A stretch of DNA of 24,178 nt from a virus (lineage: Duplodnaviria > Caudoviricetes): positions 1 to 24,178 of IMG/VR virus record IMGVR_UViG_3300008266_000453, one strand, 5' to 3'. Positions 9,203 to 17,725 of the stretch are shown in pieces. How positions within the stretch are numbered: the stretch's first letter is position 1; every line of letters begins with the position of its first letter. A model generated the notes under the pieces. The model was not told the DNA's origin. It saw nothing but the letters and a program-made list of their open reading frames with translations, and searched no databases. A program made the translations under genes and the position numbers.

Positions 9203-9435
9203 ACGCGAGCAATAAAAGTAGTTCCGGGTTCGGGAATGCGGGGCAGTCGGCCCTGGGCGTCATAAATGCCACTGTAGGGGCTGATCTTGTCTGACGGCAT
9301 CGCTGACCCATCTGTGCCCTCAGGCCCGCTGCTGGCAGGCTTTCTGTTCGCTAGGGCCACCAAGTTTGCCGGCGCCTGCACGCCAATGTATCGTTGAATC
9401 AGTTCTGGTATTACCGGAATCGGAAGTACAGTCAT
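9199..9435 (-). CDS. Hypothetical Pro-rich protein (78 aa)
   Basis: Start reassigned to ATG at 9435 (MTVLPIPV) because the longer version runs through tRNA-Tyr. Stop overlaps the next start. Confidence 0.6.
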   Translation of the reverse strand: MTVLPIPVIPELIQRYIGVQAPANLVALANRKPASSGPEGTDGSAMPSDKISPYSGIYDAQGRLPRIPEPGTTFIARV

Positions 9436-9440
9436 AAAAG

Positions 9441-9525
9441 TGGTGGGTGGTAGTGGACTCGAACCAATGATGCCCGAAGGCGGGAGATTTACAGTCTCCT
9501 GCAATAGCCGCTATGCGAACCACCC
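9441..9525 (-). tRNA. tRNA-Tyr (GTA), class II with long variable arm, encoded CCA
   Basis: Acceptor GGGTGGT/ACCACCC, anticodon stem GGAGA/TCTCC with loop CTGTAAA, variable hairpin GCC-TTCG-GGC, T loop TTCGAGT, ending ACCA. One T-stem mismatch. Confidence 0.92.
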
Positions 9526-9533
9526 AATGAAAT

Positions 9534-9608
9534 TGGTTGCAAGGGCAGGAATCGAACCTGCGGCCTCCAGCTTATGAGACTGGCGAGCTGCCACTGCTCT
9601 ACCTCGCT
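9534..9608 (-). tRNA. tRNA-Met (CAT), initiator-like, encoded CCA
   Basis: AGCGAGGTAGAGCAGTGGCAGCTCGCCAGTCTCATAAGCTGGAGGCCGCAGGTTCGATTCCTGCCCTTGCAACCA folds as a cloverleaf. It has a 1:72 mismatch (A:A) and A11:U24 as in initiator tRNAs. Confidence 0.93.
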
Positions 9609-9618
9609 TTTGAAAAAC

Positions 9619-9848
9619 GTGCCGGTACTCTCCCGGCTGTCACACCACTGCGGCGACTGAGTAACCCAGTCCGTGCGCGGCGGCATGCAGCCACCGGCAG
9701 GTGTCGCTTCTTTATTTGTGCCCAAGGTTCGCAGCCTGTCTTCAGACAAGACTGCTACAGGCCCTTCGCTTGCACAAAAGTGTCTCCGTCTCTCCGGAGT
9801 GTCGCACCACTTTTGGCCCCGATAAGGTCGAAGCCACGCAGGTGTCGC
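9619..9848 (-). ncRNA. Candidate structured RNA with two homologous modules flanking a central stem
   Basis: Two copies of GCGACACCTGC...GTGGTGYGACA followed by a hairpin with loop GAGAG(T)A (9781-9848 and 9619-9707). Stem sequences differ but still pair. Confidence 0.65.
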
Positions 9849-9857
9849 GGAAGTCAA

Positions 9858-10940
9858 CTAAGCGGCGTTGTAGTTGAACTTGCCAAGGCCCAGCGGGTTG
9901 CCCACAACCAGACCAGCGACAGCTTCAACCAAGCGGCCGGGACCACCACCATTGTCGGTGAGCGGAGTGACCTGAGCGACATTACCGCCATAGCGGATTT
10001 CGATCAAGTTCATATCCAGCACCAAGCCACGGAACGGAGTGGGCGTGTAGGACGTGCCAGACACGGTTCCGATGAACGTGGTGGGGTGGAGGCGGACCGT
10101 TCCGAAGTCACCTTGGAACACATCCAGACTCTGGATGTAGGTGTCTGCGGCAGCGTCACGCTGGAATGTCTGAACCTTGGTGGCGCCAGCTGCCAGAGGA
10201 GCGGCCTGAGTGCCAGCCACAGTCGTCAGGGAAGTGGTCCCCAACAGGCCGGTGAAGGCGCGCTTCAGATCCGTCCCAACGATGCAATCAAACGAGGTGT
10301 AGTGGCCGGTCTGGTCGAAGATCGACTTGAGCAAGCCCTGCACAACGGCGTCCGTCAACGAGGTTCCAAGAGCGGATCCAGTTCCGATGATCGAGGTAGA
10401 AGGCGTCTGGAAGATCGAGGGAATGCCTCCTGGAGTCGGAGTTCCAGCCCCGCCGGTAGCGATCCATGTCTGGGCGCCGGCCGTGCGGTACGGAGTTGTC
10501 TGATTCCCGCTATCTGCCTGGGCCACCTGATCAGACACCATGGTCACTTCCATGTCGCGCTTGATCCCAGTGATGGCCTTGGCGACGTTGTCTGCCAGCT
10601 CGTCACGCACACCAGCAACATCAGCGATGTCCTGAGTGAGCTTGGACACGCGGACTGCGCGGCGGAAGATCTGGGCGTAGTTGGCCAGCTCAGCACGGTA
10701 GTTGACAACGTAGTTATCAACGCCAGTGGAGAGGTTCACGTCAACGCCGTCAGGAGTGCCGCCAACCTGAGGAGCCGGAAGGCTGTCAGACTGCCATCGG
10801 AAGTACATGTTGCCAGGCTTGGAGCCTTTCTTGGCCATGGACGTAAACGGCGTGTCCTTGGCGTCAACCAAGGCAATCATGTCCATGAGATCTTCGCGCT
10901 TGCCGCGACCGGAGAGATTGGGTTCGAGTAGAGTTGCCAT
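9858..10940 (-). CDS. Major capsid protein (SU10/DUF5309-like, HK97 fold)
   Basis: 360 aa. REDL.D.I..V...DTPF.S, W..D.L, NY.QIF...V.VS and KRDME patterns. Directly follows the scaffold gene. Confidence 0.85.
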   Translation of the reverse strand: MATLLEPNLSGRGKREDLMDMIALVDAKDTPFTSMAKKGSKPGNMYFRWQSDSLPAPQVGGTPDGVDVNLSTGVDNYVVNYRAELANYAQIFRRAVRVSKLTQDIADVAGVRDELADNVAKAITGIKRDMEVTMVSDQVAQADSGNQTTPYRTAGAQTWIATGGAGTPTPGGIPSIFQTPSTSIIGTGSALGTSLTDAVVQGLLKSIFDQTGHYTSFDCIVGTDLKRAFTGLLGTTSLTTVAGTQAAPLAAGATKVQTFQRDAAADTYIQSLDVFQGDFGTVRLHPTTFIGTVSGTSYTPTPFRGLVLDMNLIEIRYGGNVAQVTPLTDNGGGPGRLVEAVAGLVVGNPLGLGKFNYNAA

Positions 10941-10972
10941 ATCAAAAAAAATACTGCGGTTGTTGTTGGGGG

Positions 10973-11932
10973 CTAAACAAAGCCCATGTTTTTTACCAAA
11001 TCGCTTAGTCCGTCACGATCTCCTCCGCTTCTGGCAAATTGCTGTTTTGCCTTCTGGGTGGACTGCTGATGTGAACTGGTTGGTGGAGCCTGTCTGACTC
11101 CCGGTTGGGGAGGAGCCTTTTTGATAGGCGCCTGCGTTGTCTTTTTGGATTTCAGATCCGTGTAGGCCTTCAGTCCCAAAACAACAATGCCGGCAACATG
11201 CTTGAAGTCAGCTCTGCGCTTTTTAAGCTCTGGAAATTCACGCAAAATCTGCTGTGCGGCCTGATACTCTTCAGTTTCTGGTTTTCCCCACCAAGGAAAA
11301 TCCTGAACAATTCCATAATCTAATTGAGCCTGTTTTTGCAGGTAATTAAATCTGGCAGGAAGTTCAATTTCCTTGATCCTGAGTGCCCTCATTTTGATGT
11401 CAAGAATGTCTTCATCAGACAGATCAACGCCATTGAGCGTTGCCCCGTTCCGATTCTGCTCGCACCAAAGAATGGCATTCACGGCCCTGCTGTACTCTTC
11501 GTTCACCTGCTCAAGGCTACTCAAAGATTCAACTTCTCCAGAAACCTCTGGTTCGGACTGAGGGGTAGCCTGCCTTGCGGAGGCCAGCTCTCTTTCCATT
11601 TCAGCCAAACGCTGTCTTTGCGCTTCTAACTCAGCTTGAGCGGCCTTCTTTGCAGCAACCAACTTGTTGATGCGCTTCTGGACACCCCTGCTTAAATTGC
11701 TTTCATCACCATCGTGACCTTCAGGTTCATCAATGCCGCTTTCGTCTGTCTCAGACAAATCAGCATCTGTAACCTGCTCCTGTGAGGCCGGAGCGTCCCC
11801 TTGCTCGTCAAGGAAGTTGGATTTCAAGAGAGCACTTAGATCCCTCTCATCCAAAAGACCGAGCTTATCAACAACGGGAGATTCTGCTGCCTCCTGATTC
11901 CCGGCATCAGGCTGTACTTCGCTTTCATTCAT
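10973..11932 (-). CDS. Capsid scaffolding protein
   Basis: Acidic disordered N-terminus, GVQKRINKLVAAKK coiled coil and Pro/Lys-rich C-terminus. Lies between portal and capsid genes. Confidence 0.8.
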   Translation of the reverse strand: MNESEVQPDAGNQEAAESPVVDKLGLLDERDLSALLKSNFLDEQGDAPASQEQVTDADLSETDESGIDEPEGHDGDESNLSRGVQKRINKLVAAKKAAQAELEAQRQRLAEMERELASARQATPQSEPEVSGEVESLSSLEQVNEEYSRAVNAILWCEQNRNGATLNGVDLSDEDILDIKMRALRIKEIELPARFNYLQKQAQLDYGIVQDFPWWGKPETEEYQAAQQILREFPELKKRRADFKHVAGIVVLGLKAYTDLKSKKTTQAPIKKAPPQPGVRQAPPTSSHQQSTQKAKQQFARSGGDRDGLSDLVKNMGFV

Positions 11933-11995
11933 GCGGTTAAGGTCGCAAGTTCCTTTAATTACAATCCAGTAACGCTGGAAGGCCCGTTGATGGCG

Positions 11996-12247
11996 TTATG
12001 CCAAATCTTTCTCTTCAGTCAAGCCATTAAGTTTTAATGCTTCATTTCTTAATGTTAAAAGTGTTGAATAAACCAAGTTCACTCCATCGGCTTGGCCGCA
12101 AGCGTGGATACGATCTTCGCCTTTTACGTTATTGCTAACAGCATTAAGCCAAAGGCTTTCCTGCATCTGCTGGATCGTTTCAATTACTTGATCCCAAACG
12201 TGGTTTTTGCCACCCCAACCGAATGCAAGTCGTTCTTTTTCGGTCAT
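11996..12247 (-). CDS. Small helical protein downstream of portal
   Basis: 83 aa with ATGA overlap with the portal stop. A small gene at this position is common in podovirus-like head modules. Confidence 0.7.
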   Translation of the reverse strand: MTEKERLAFGWGGKNHVWDQVIETIQQMQESLWLNAVSNNVKGEDRIHACGQADGVNLVYSTLLTLRNEALKLNGLTEEKDLA

Positions 12248-14352
12248 TGTTGTTGAATGGGTGATACTCCAATCCTTCCAATCTGAGCGTTCTGTTTCTG
12301 CATCACGCTCATTTTAAGGTTCTTGATGTAGTTCTGGAACAGCTGCTGAAAGTTCTCATCAGACTGCAATGCGGCCTGAGCCTTTGGATTGCTCTGAATG
12401 ACCTGCTGCGAGTATTGCAGCTTGGCCTGAGCGGTCGGATCGTTTTCCTGATACGATGCCTCGTTGCCCAAGAGCATCATAGCAATGTCTGTCTGAACGT
12501 CTTTGAACAGCTTCTGAGAGGCCTGCTGCTCTGTCATAATCAGTTCGGCAGACATCTCCGGAGCAATGGCCTGAATCATCATCTCTGTGAGCCGATTGGA
12601 GTTTAAGACGCCGCCAGAGTCCATCTGCTTGATGCTCTTCAAATACTCAATCTTCTGAGTGATGTATTCCTTGTCTAAATTCATCACATCAAACCTGATG
12701 TTGAAGTCGAACTCGTTGTGGATCTCAGACAAGTTCTGCGGCAACTGGCCTCCGGTGATGCGCTGGATTTCTCCTGGAGCCATGTACTGGCAGCAAAGGG
12801 CAAACATCTGTCGGAAGACAGATCTCCACGACAGCAGCCATGTGTTCACCAGTGCCTGCTGAAGCATCTGGGTTACCTGTGGGGCGACAAACTGATTGGT
12901 GGTCCCAAAGTAGGCCGCGTGTTGCTGTTCCACCCTTTTGATGAGGTCGAACGCCAGATTGGGCGGCCGCGCCGGCGGATCCATGAACGTGTAGTCGTTG
13001 GCGTTGGTAACCGGAAGTTGCACGCCCGGACCCACCTTGTTCATGGCGCCAATGCGCTTCACCACGCGGATTGGAGGAAGCGTTGAAAACGCGGTGCTGT
13101 CCCGAATCGAGTCATGCTGAGCCTTGATTTCGTCCTGATCCGTGCTGGAAAGCTCCGGGATGCCTCGAGTGTCTGTGATTGCCCGGCGAATCTGCTCTCG
13201 GCGGAACTCTACGAAAGGATATTCGCCATGGGCGTAGTCCAAACGCTCATGGATGGCCCAAGAGTCCCCGTCAGACTGCCGATTCGAGGCCGCTTGGGGA
13301 CAGATAACGGTGTAGAAGATGGCTGGGGCGTCCCCATCAAGACTCTTGGTGTAGCAGTACACCACTTCCACCATATTCATGTAGTTCACCCCGTTGTAGA
13401 CCATCATGGTGGTGGTCGGAAGCAGGTTGATGTTGTAGTAGGAGCTGGATTTACCCAGCTGCTGCAAGGCCCGCTCCACCCAGTCCGGATTCCAGCCCTC
13501 AGTCGTGATTTTTTCACGCAATTCCACCTCAGACATCCATGTCCGGCGGAAAATCACGCGGGAACGCTGCAAATCTGCGGTTTCAGGAGGGAAGATGATC
13601 TCGTCCCAAGGCTTCAGTGCGACAATTTCAGGCAGGTTCTTGCTGACGTACTCCTCGTCTCTGGTTGTCTGACCTTTCTCAGCCAGCTCGCGGATCATGC
13701 GCTTGGCATCGGAGTTCTTCAGATCCGGCATGACGGCCTGAAAAATCCCAATGGCCTCCTCGGACTGATCCATGATCATCTGCGGCAGGGCTGCCAGTGT
13801 CTCACTACCAGATTGCTCAGCCATCTGGAGGATCTCCTGCATGTACACAGGTTGCTTCCGGACGCTGATGTTCTGCTGCCAGCCCACAAAGAAGGCACTC
13901 CATCCGTATTGAAGGGCGTACTGGGCGCCAAGTGTGGCCTCCTTGTACAGCTGTTGAGGCATCTTGCAGTCCCGGATCCAGCGCAGAAGTGTGGTGGCAA
14001 CCTGAGACTGCTCAACGTGCGTCATGTTCACGCCATCGGCCCGAATCTCAGCCTTCTGGAAAGCCGAAACCAGCAGGGAAGTCAGTTCGTTACAGGTAGC
14101 GTCAATCAGACGGGCACGAACATCAGAGGCCCCCTCAAATGGCCAAGCAGGATCTCCTTCCGAACGGTTTTCAGAGTGCTTCTTGCCATCATCTGTCTGA
14201 CCGGGCCACCGACAAAACCGAATGTTGTCAAACTTGGTAACAAGATTTCCCTGAGATGAGTTGATCATCGAGCGGTTGTATTCGCTCAAAAGCTCGCCAA
14301 CATGCGGCTCCTTGGAGGCAATGGCCAAAACATCAGTGTTGTAATCGAGCAT
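12244..14352 (-). CDS. Portal protein
   Basis: 702 aa, immediately after terL. WPFEGASD motif, helical body and Gln-rich C-terminal barrel region as in P22-type portals. Confidence 0.85.
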   Translation of the reverse strand: MLDYNTDVLAIASKEPHVGELLSEYNRSMINSSQGNLVTKFDNIRFCRWPGQTDDGKKHSENRSEGDPAWPFEGASDVRARLIDATCNELTSLLVSAFQKAEIRADGVNMTHVEQSQVATTLLRWIRDCKMPQQLYKEATLGAQYALQYGWSAFFVGWQQNISVRKQPVYMQEILQMAEQSGSETLAALPQMIMDQSEEAIGIFQAVMPDLKNSDAKRMIRELAEKGQTTRDEEYVSKNLPEIVALKPWDEIIFPPETADLQRSRVIFRRTWMSEVELREKITTEGWNPDWVERALQQLGKSSSYYNINLLPTTTMMVYNGVNYMNMVEVVYCYTKSLDGDAPAIFYTVICPQAASNRQSDGDSWAIHERLDYAHGEYPFVEFRREQIRRAITDTRGIPELSSTDQDEIKAQHDSIRDSTAFSTLPPIRVVKRIGAMNKVGPGVQLPVTNANDYTFMDPPARPPNLAFDLIKRVEQQHAAYFGTTNQFVAPQVTQMLQQALVNTWLLSWRSVFRQMFALCCQYMAPGEIQRITGGQLPQNLSEIHNEFDFNIRFDVMNLDKEYITQKIEYLKSIKQMDSGGVLNSNRLTEMMIQAIAPEMSAELIMTEQQASQKLFKDVQTDIAMMLLGNEASYQENDPTAQAKLQYSQQVIQSNPKAQAALQSDENFQQLFQNYIKNLKMSVMQKQNAQIGRIGVSPIQQQ

Positions 14353-14373
14353 AATGTATGGAAATCCTTGGCA

Positions 14374-16122
14374 TCAATAGCTGCCACATTTTGATAGTTT
14401 GTCCCATTGTTTTTTCCATATGGGATTACTGGTGTGCATTGGGTGCATCGCTACAAGGTAACCCAAGGCATCAATAGGATCTTTCGATGCACCTTTCTGG
14501 CCATCTTGTCCAGTCCATTCACGCAGGGACCAAATCAAGTTTTGGCAACTTTCATGCACCATTAAGCGTGGATGATTTATTTTAACGTCCAATGGCATCT
14601 CTCTGTCAAAGCACAGCAGGTCGTTGATGATCATCACACGCTCTTCAACAGGGACGCCAGCGGCCGGGATGAAATACAGAGGGTTGTCTGCATCATGAAG
14701 CATATCCAGCAGGGTTATGCCTCCTTCCTTGCTGATCGTCTCTGTACCGGCAGACCTTGGGTCGATGTAGCGTTCGGCGATGTCTTCCGATTTGTCTTTG
14801 TCTGTCTCCAAGGACCAGATCAGGTTTGTGTACTCGTTGATGCCTCTGCCAGCTCCGGACCTCTGTGCCGGACCGGGTTTACCGTCCGCCTTCTCAGAGG
14901 GCAATGCCCACTCTCCGTATGAAGGATCAGGCCACTCCCGGTAAATCCAGACAGTCTCGTACTCATCTACTCTGGCCCAGAGCATGAACCAGTTACGGGC
15001 GCCGGCCGGATCCGCAACCATGTAGTTTGTGCCAGACGGACAGAGTTCCGTAACAGGCTGCGAAAAAATGTTTTGCTCCCCAAACATCGGGAACTGAGAT
15101 CCGGCTGTCTGATCCGCCCAACCATAGGCCCGGATCTTGATGTCATGCGAGCTGCGTCCCTTGAGCGTCTGTTTCATGCGCTCCCAGTTGTTGTATGGGT
15201 TCAGTTTCGAGTGAAACCAGATGCAGCCGTGCTTTCCGTAGACACCCTCTGCCATGTAGGGCATGTGCCCCTTGGGGACAGCCAAGACATTGTTCTCCGG
15301 CAGCAATTCGGACTCCTTCCACTGTGTGATCTTGGCCGTGGTGATGAACTCTTTGACGACTTGCGTGTAGCCAAGGATCGGAGTGAAGGTGACGATCAGC
15401 TTCCCGTTCCGGGTGACCAGACGATAGCGGAGTGTCTCGAGCCAGTCCTGCGGCACCAACTCATCGCACCAGACAACATCGACTTCACCACCTTCCACCA
15501 CCTTGATGTCCTGTGCGTAGTTCAGGAACCAGATCTGATTCTTCATGTACACGGCCGTGTTGTCTGAAAAGCCATTCTTCTGAGTCCATGCCACCTGAAT
15601 CTGTGCGCTGCGCTTGGCCTCCTTCAGCTCCCTTGGGAGATACTTGTGAAAGACATTCTGCTGCATCGAAACGCTCGTCATGTGCGTGGTGTGCAGGCAC
15701 CAGATGTTCAGCCCACGTTTTGCGGATCGCTCCTTCAACCAAGCCGGCATCGTTCCGGCCAGATCCATTCCCACAAAAGCCTGGGCCACCCTCTTCGCTG
15801 CGTACTCTGTCTTTCCTGCACGATTTCCTCCCAAAATAAGGATCTCATTTTTGGTATCAAGAATGCTGTCAGCATCCGGCCAGGCCATCAACTCGTTCCC
15901 GTAGCGGTAAGGATCTTCCTGTTCTGCCCGGATCCGCTGCTCCCTTGCCAAGAACATCCGCATGACCTCCTGTGGCCCCACATTTTCAATCATGCGCACC
16001 CTCTGTTCCTCGTTTGGACAGGGGATGATCGGATGCTCCGCCATAGGAAACCTAAGCAGCTTTTCCACAAGCTTTTCCCTCTGACTCGGAGACAGGTGAT
16101 TTTCTTCTGTTGGCGTTGACAT
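14374..16122 (-). CDS. terL: Terminase large subunit
   Basis: Walker A GGNRAGKT, Walker B VVWCDE, coupling motif TFTP and RNase H-like nuclease acids (VADP, YIDP, KDPIDALGY). Start taken as ATG at 16122 after an A-run. Confidence 0.93.
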   Translation of the reverse strand: MSTPTEENHLSPSQREKLVEKLLRFPMAEHPIIPCPNEEQRVRMIENVGPQEVMRMFLAREQRIRAEQEDPYRYGNELMAWPDADSILDTKNEILILGGNRAGKTEYAAKRVAQAFVGMDLAGTMPAWLKERSAKRGLNIWCLHTTHMTSVSMQQNVFHKYLPRELKEAKRSAQIQVAWTQKNGFSDNTAVYMKNQIWFLNYAQDIKVVEGGEVDVVWCDELVPQDWLETLRYRLVTRNGKLIVTFTPILGYTQVVKEFITTAKITQWKESELLPENNVLAVPKGHMPYMAEGVYGKHGCIWFHSKLNPYNNWERMKQTLKGRSSHDIKIRAYGWADQTAGSQFPMFGEQNIFSQPVTELCPSGTNYMVADPAGARNWFMLWARVDEYETVWIYREWPDPSYGEWALPSEKADGKPGPAQRSGAGRGINEYTNLIWSLETDKDKSEDIAERYIDPRSAGTETISKEGGITLLDMLHDADNPLYFIPAAGVPVEERVMIINDLLCFDREMPLDVKINHPRLMVHESCQNLIWSLREWTGQDGQKGASKDPIDALGYLVAMHPMHTSNPIWKKQWDKLSKCGSY

Positions 16123-16193
16123 TTTTTGAGATTCTGAGATGTTTCCTGTGCAGGCCAATAACCTGCCGCGTACCTACTGGCCAACCTGAAAGA

Positions 16194-16448
16194 TTGGAGC
16201 CACTAGCGAATACATGGTTCCGGGTGTACCTCCTGACCCGGATTAAAAATCACAGGCCTCGCGCCTCTGAGTACTACACAGTCGCCCGCGATAGAGGCAA
16301 TGCTAGGCTGATCGGGTAGCCATGGGCTGAGACTGTGAACGCGATGCGATAGGGCGACTTTTATACGGAAGTCTCTGTGCTTGCTTGAGTACTCCCCCAA
16401 TTCTAGGCGGCCAACGCTCAGTCTTGGGGGTACTCTGCTCAGCTCCAA
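16194..16448. ncRNA. Candidate multibranch structured RNA upstream of terL
   Basis: Closing stem TTGGAGC/GCTCCAA encloses TCCGGGT/ACCCGGA, AGTCGCCC/GGGCGACT and GAGTACTCCCCCAA/TTGGGGGTACTC. No convincing ORF. Confidence 0.5.
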
Positions 16449-16469
16449 AGCTCCTATTGCCGGAAGTGG

Positions 16470-16925
16470 TTAAGCCACAGAAGCTGCTGTGGCTATCATG
16501 CCGGCTTTCCCAAGAACGATAGTACCATCTGATACCAGAATCAGCTGGCCAGTCTTCAGGCCATTACCCTTCAGCCCGCAGAAAACTCGGCCGCAAACGT
16601 CCGTATCCACAAATCTTGGGTTTGGATACTTGCGAGTAATCTTCGCAACCATTGGTGTGCTGGCGCACTCTGGCGCCTTCACCGGGACCACTGTCTGGCT
16701 CCCTGTCTCAGGCTGCACCTCCTCAGGCTGCTGCTTGTGCTCCACCAAGCTCGGATCCACTACATCCGCAACCTCACCCAGAAATCCCTTCCGGAAGACA
16801 ACCTTGAAGCCAAAGCGATTCCTCCTGCGCACGAAATCGGTACCTTCTTTGTACCTTTCCAATGCATAATTTGCTCCATCTCTTTCTTTCACCCATTTCT
16901 CGCTAATTGTAAATACGTCTCCCAT
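16470..16925 (-). CDS. Hypothetical protein (151 aa)
   Basis: ATG start, co-oriented with the late operon, two beta-rich segments joined by an acidic linker. No family recognised. Confidence 0.6.
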   Translation of the reverse strand: MGDVFTISEKWVKERDGANYALERYKEGTDFVRRRNRFGFKVVFRKGFLGEVADVVDPSLVEHKQQPEEVQPETGSQTVVPVKAPECASTPMVAKITRKYPNPRFVDTDVCGRVFCGLKGNGLKTGQLILVSDGTIVLGKAGMIATAASVA

Positions 16926-17143
16926 ATGTGTTCAAAAACCTTACACATTCCTACGGACACCACAACAACAGAAAATGGCGCCCAAAATTCACAAGAATCT
17001 TGGCACATTTAGCTGCAAACTAATCCGCGCTTCCGAAACGGGGCAAGCTCACAACCTGTTGTGGGGCAAAAGCCCGCGCCACTTTTCCATACTGCCAAGG
17101 CACTGTAGCCAAAGGGGCGCCTTGTGGCATTAAAAAATTTTCA

Positions 17144-17198
17144 GGTGGGGGGATGCCTAGGCCTAGAACTTCCCCCCGGACGCTTGGCCGCCCCCACC
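17144..17198. other. Dyad-symmetric G/C-tract element, candidate genome terminus or pac site
   Basis: GGGGGGA-tgc-CTAGGCCTAG-aact-TCCCCCC (17147-17177). An alternative pairing is GGTGGGGG (17144-17151) with CCCCCACC (17191-17198). Lies at the strand switch and composition boundary. Confidence 0.4.
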
Positions 17199-17259
17199 CC
17201 TACTATTCCGATCGGTTTAGTCAGGATTGCCCTTTCTACAGAGTAAAAGCGGCCAAAAA

Positions 17260-17725
17260 GACAAGCCGGAGACAACCGGAACGGCCTTTTCCGGCCTATG
17301 GAGCCTTTGGCCGGCCTTCGGAGCCGGGGAAGGGAAGCCGGCCGCTTGTCTGACAAGCCGGAGACAAGCCGGGAAGGAGCGGAGCCGGAGCGGGGAAGGC
17401 CGGGAGGAGCGGTCATTGCACAAAGCCGGGAGCCGATCGGGGAAACGGATTCCCCAGAACCTAGCCTTTGCCTTGAACCCCGAAGCTTGTCTCCGGGAGC
17501 CAAAGACAACCGGGGAGCCGGGGAGCCGGGGAGCCTATTCCCGGCCGTTGTCTTTTCCTTCCCGGCCGTTGTCCCGGCCTTGCCATGCTCCCGGCCTTTG
17601 CTGGCCTTCCGGGAGCCTCCGGGAGCCGGCTTCGAAGCGGCCGGCGCCGGGAGCCTTCCCGGTTGTCTGAAAAGAAGTGAAGAAAAGAGACAACAAAGGC
17701 TTGTGTCTTTTGCTTGTGTCTTTTA
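17260..17725. repeat. Cluster of GACAA(G/C)CCGG-type direct and inverted repeats in non-coding DNA
   Basis: GACAAGCCGGAGACAA at 17260-17275 and 17352-17367. Palindrome GCTTGTC-T-GACAAGC at 17344-17358. Inverted TTGTC copies further right, tandem GGGGAGCC and tandem GCTTGTGTCTTTT. Confidence 0.7.

Noticed and set aside
9441-9608. tRNAs as a prophage attachment site
   Set aside because: Phage structural genes lie on both sides, with no duplicated tRNA 3' end and no integrase in the window.
9436-9857. ORFs 9489-9857 and 9320-9523, and the 5' extension of 9199-9504
   Set aside because: They overlap two well-formed tRNAs and the structured RNA.
9537-10931. 464-aa plus-strand ORF
   Set aside because: Antisense shadow of the capsid gene that also overlaps tRNA-Met. 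No recognisable motifs.
13114-14259. 381-aa plus-strand ORF
   Set aside because: Antisense shadow of the portal gene, explained by codon bias.
16194-16448. tmRNA, RNase P RNA or group I intron
   Set aside because: No tRNA-like ends with T-loop and CCA, no GAGGAAAGUCC, and no recognisable P7 core. The flanking genes are not split.
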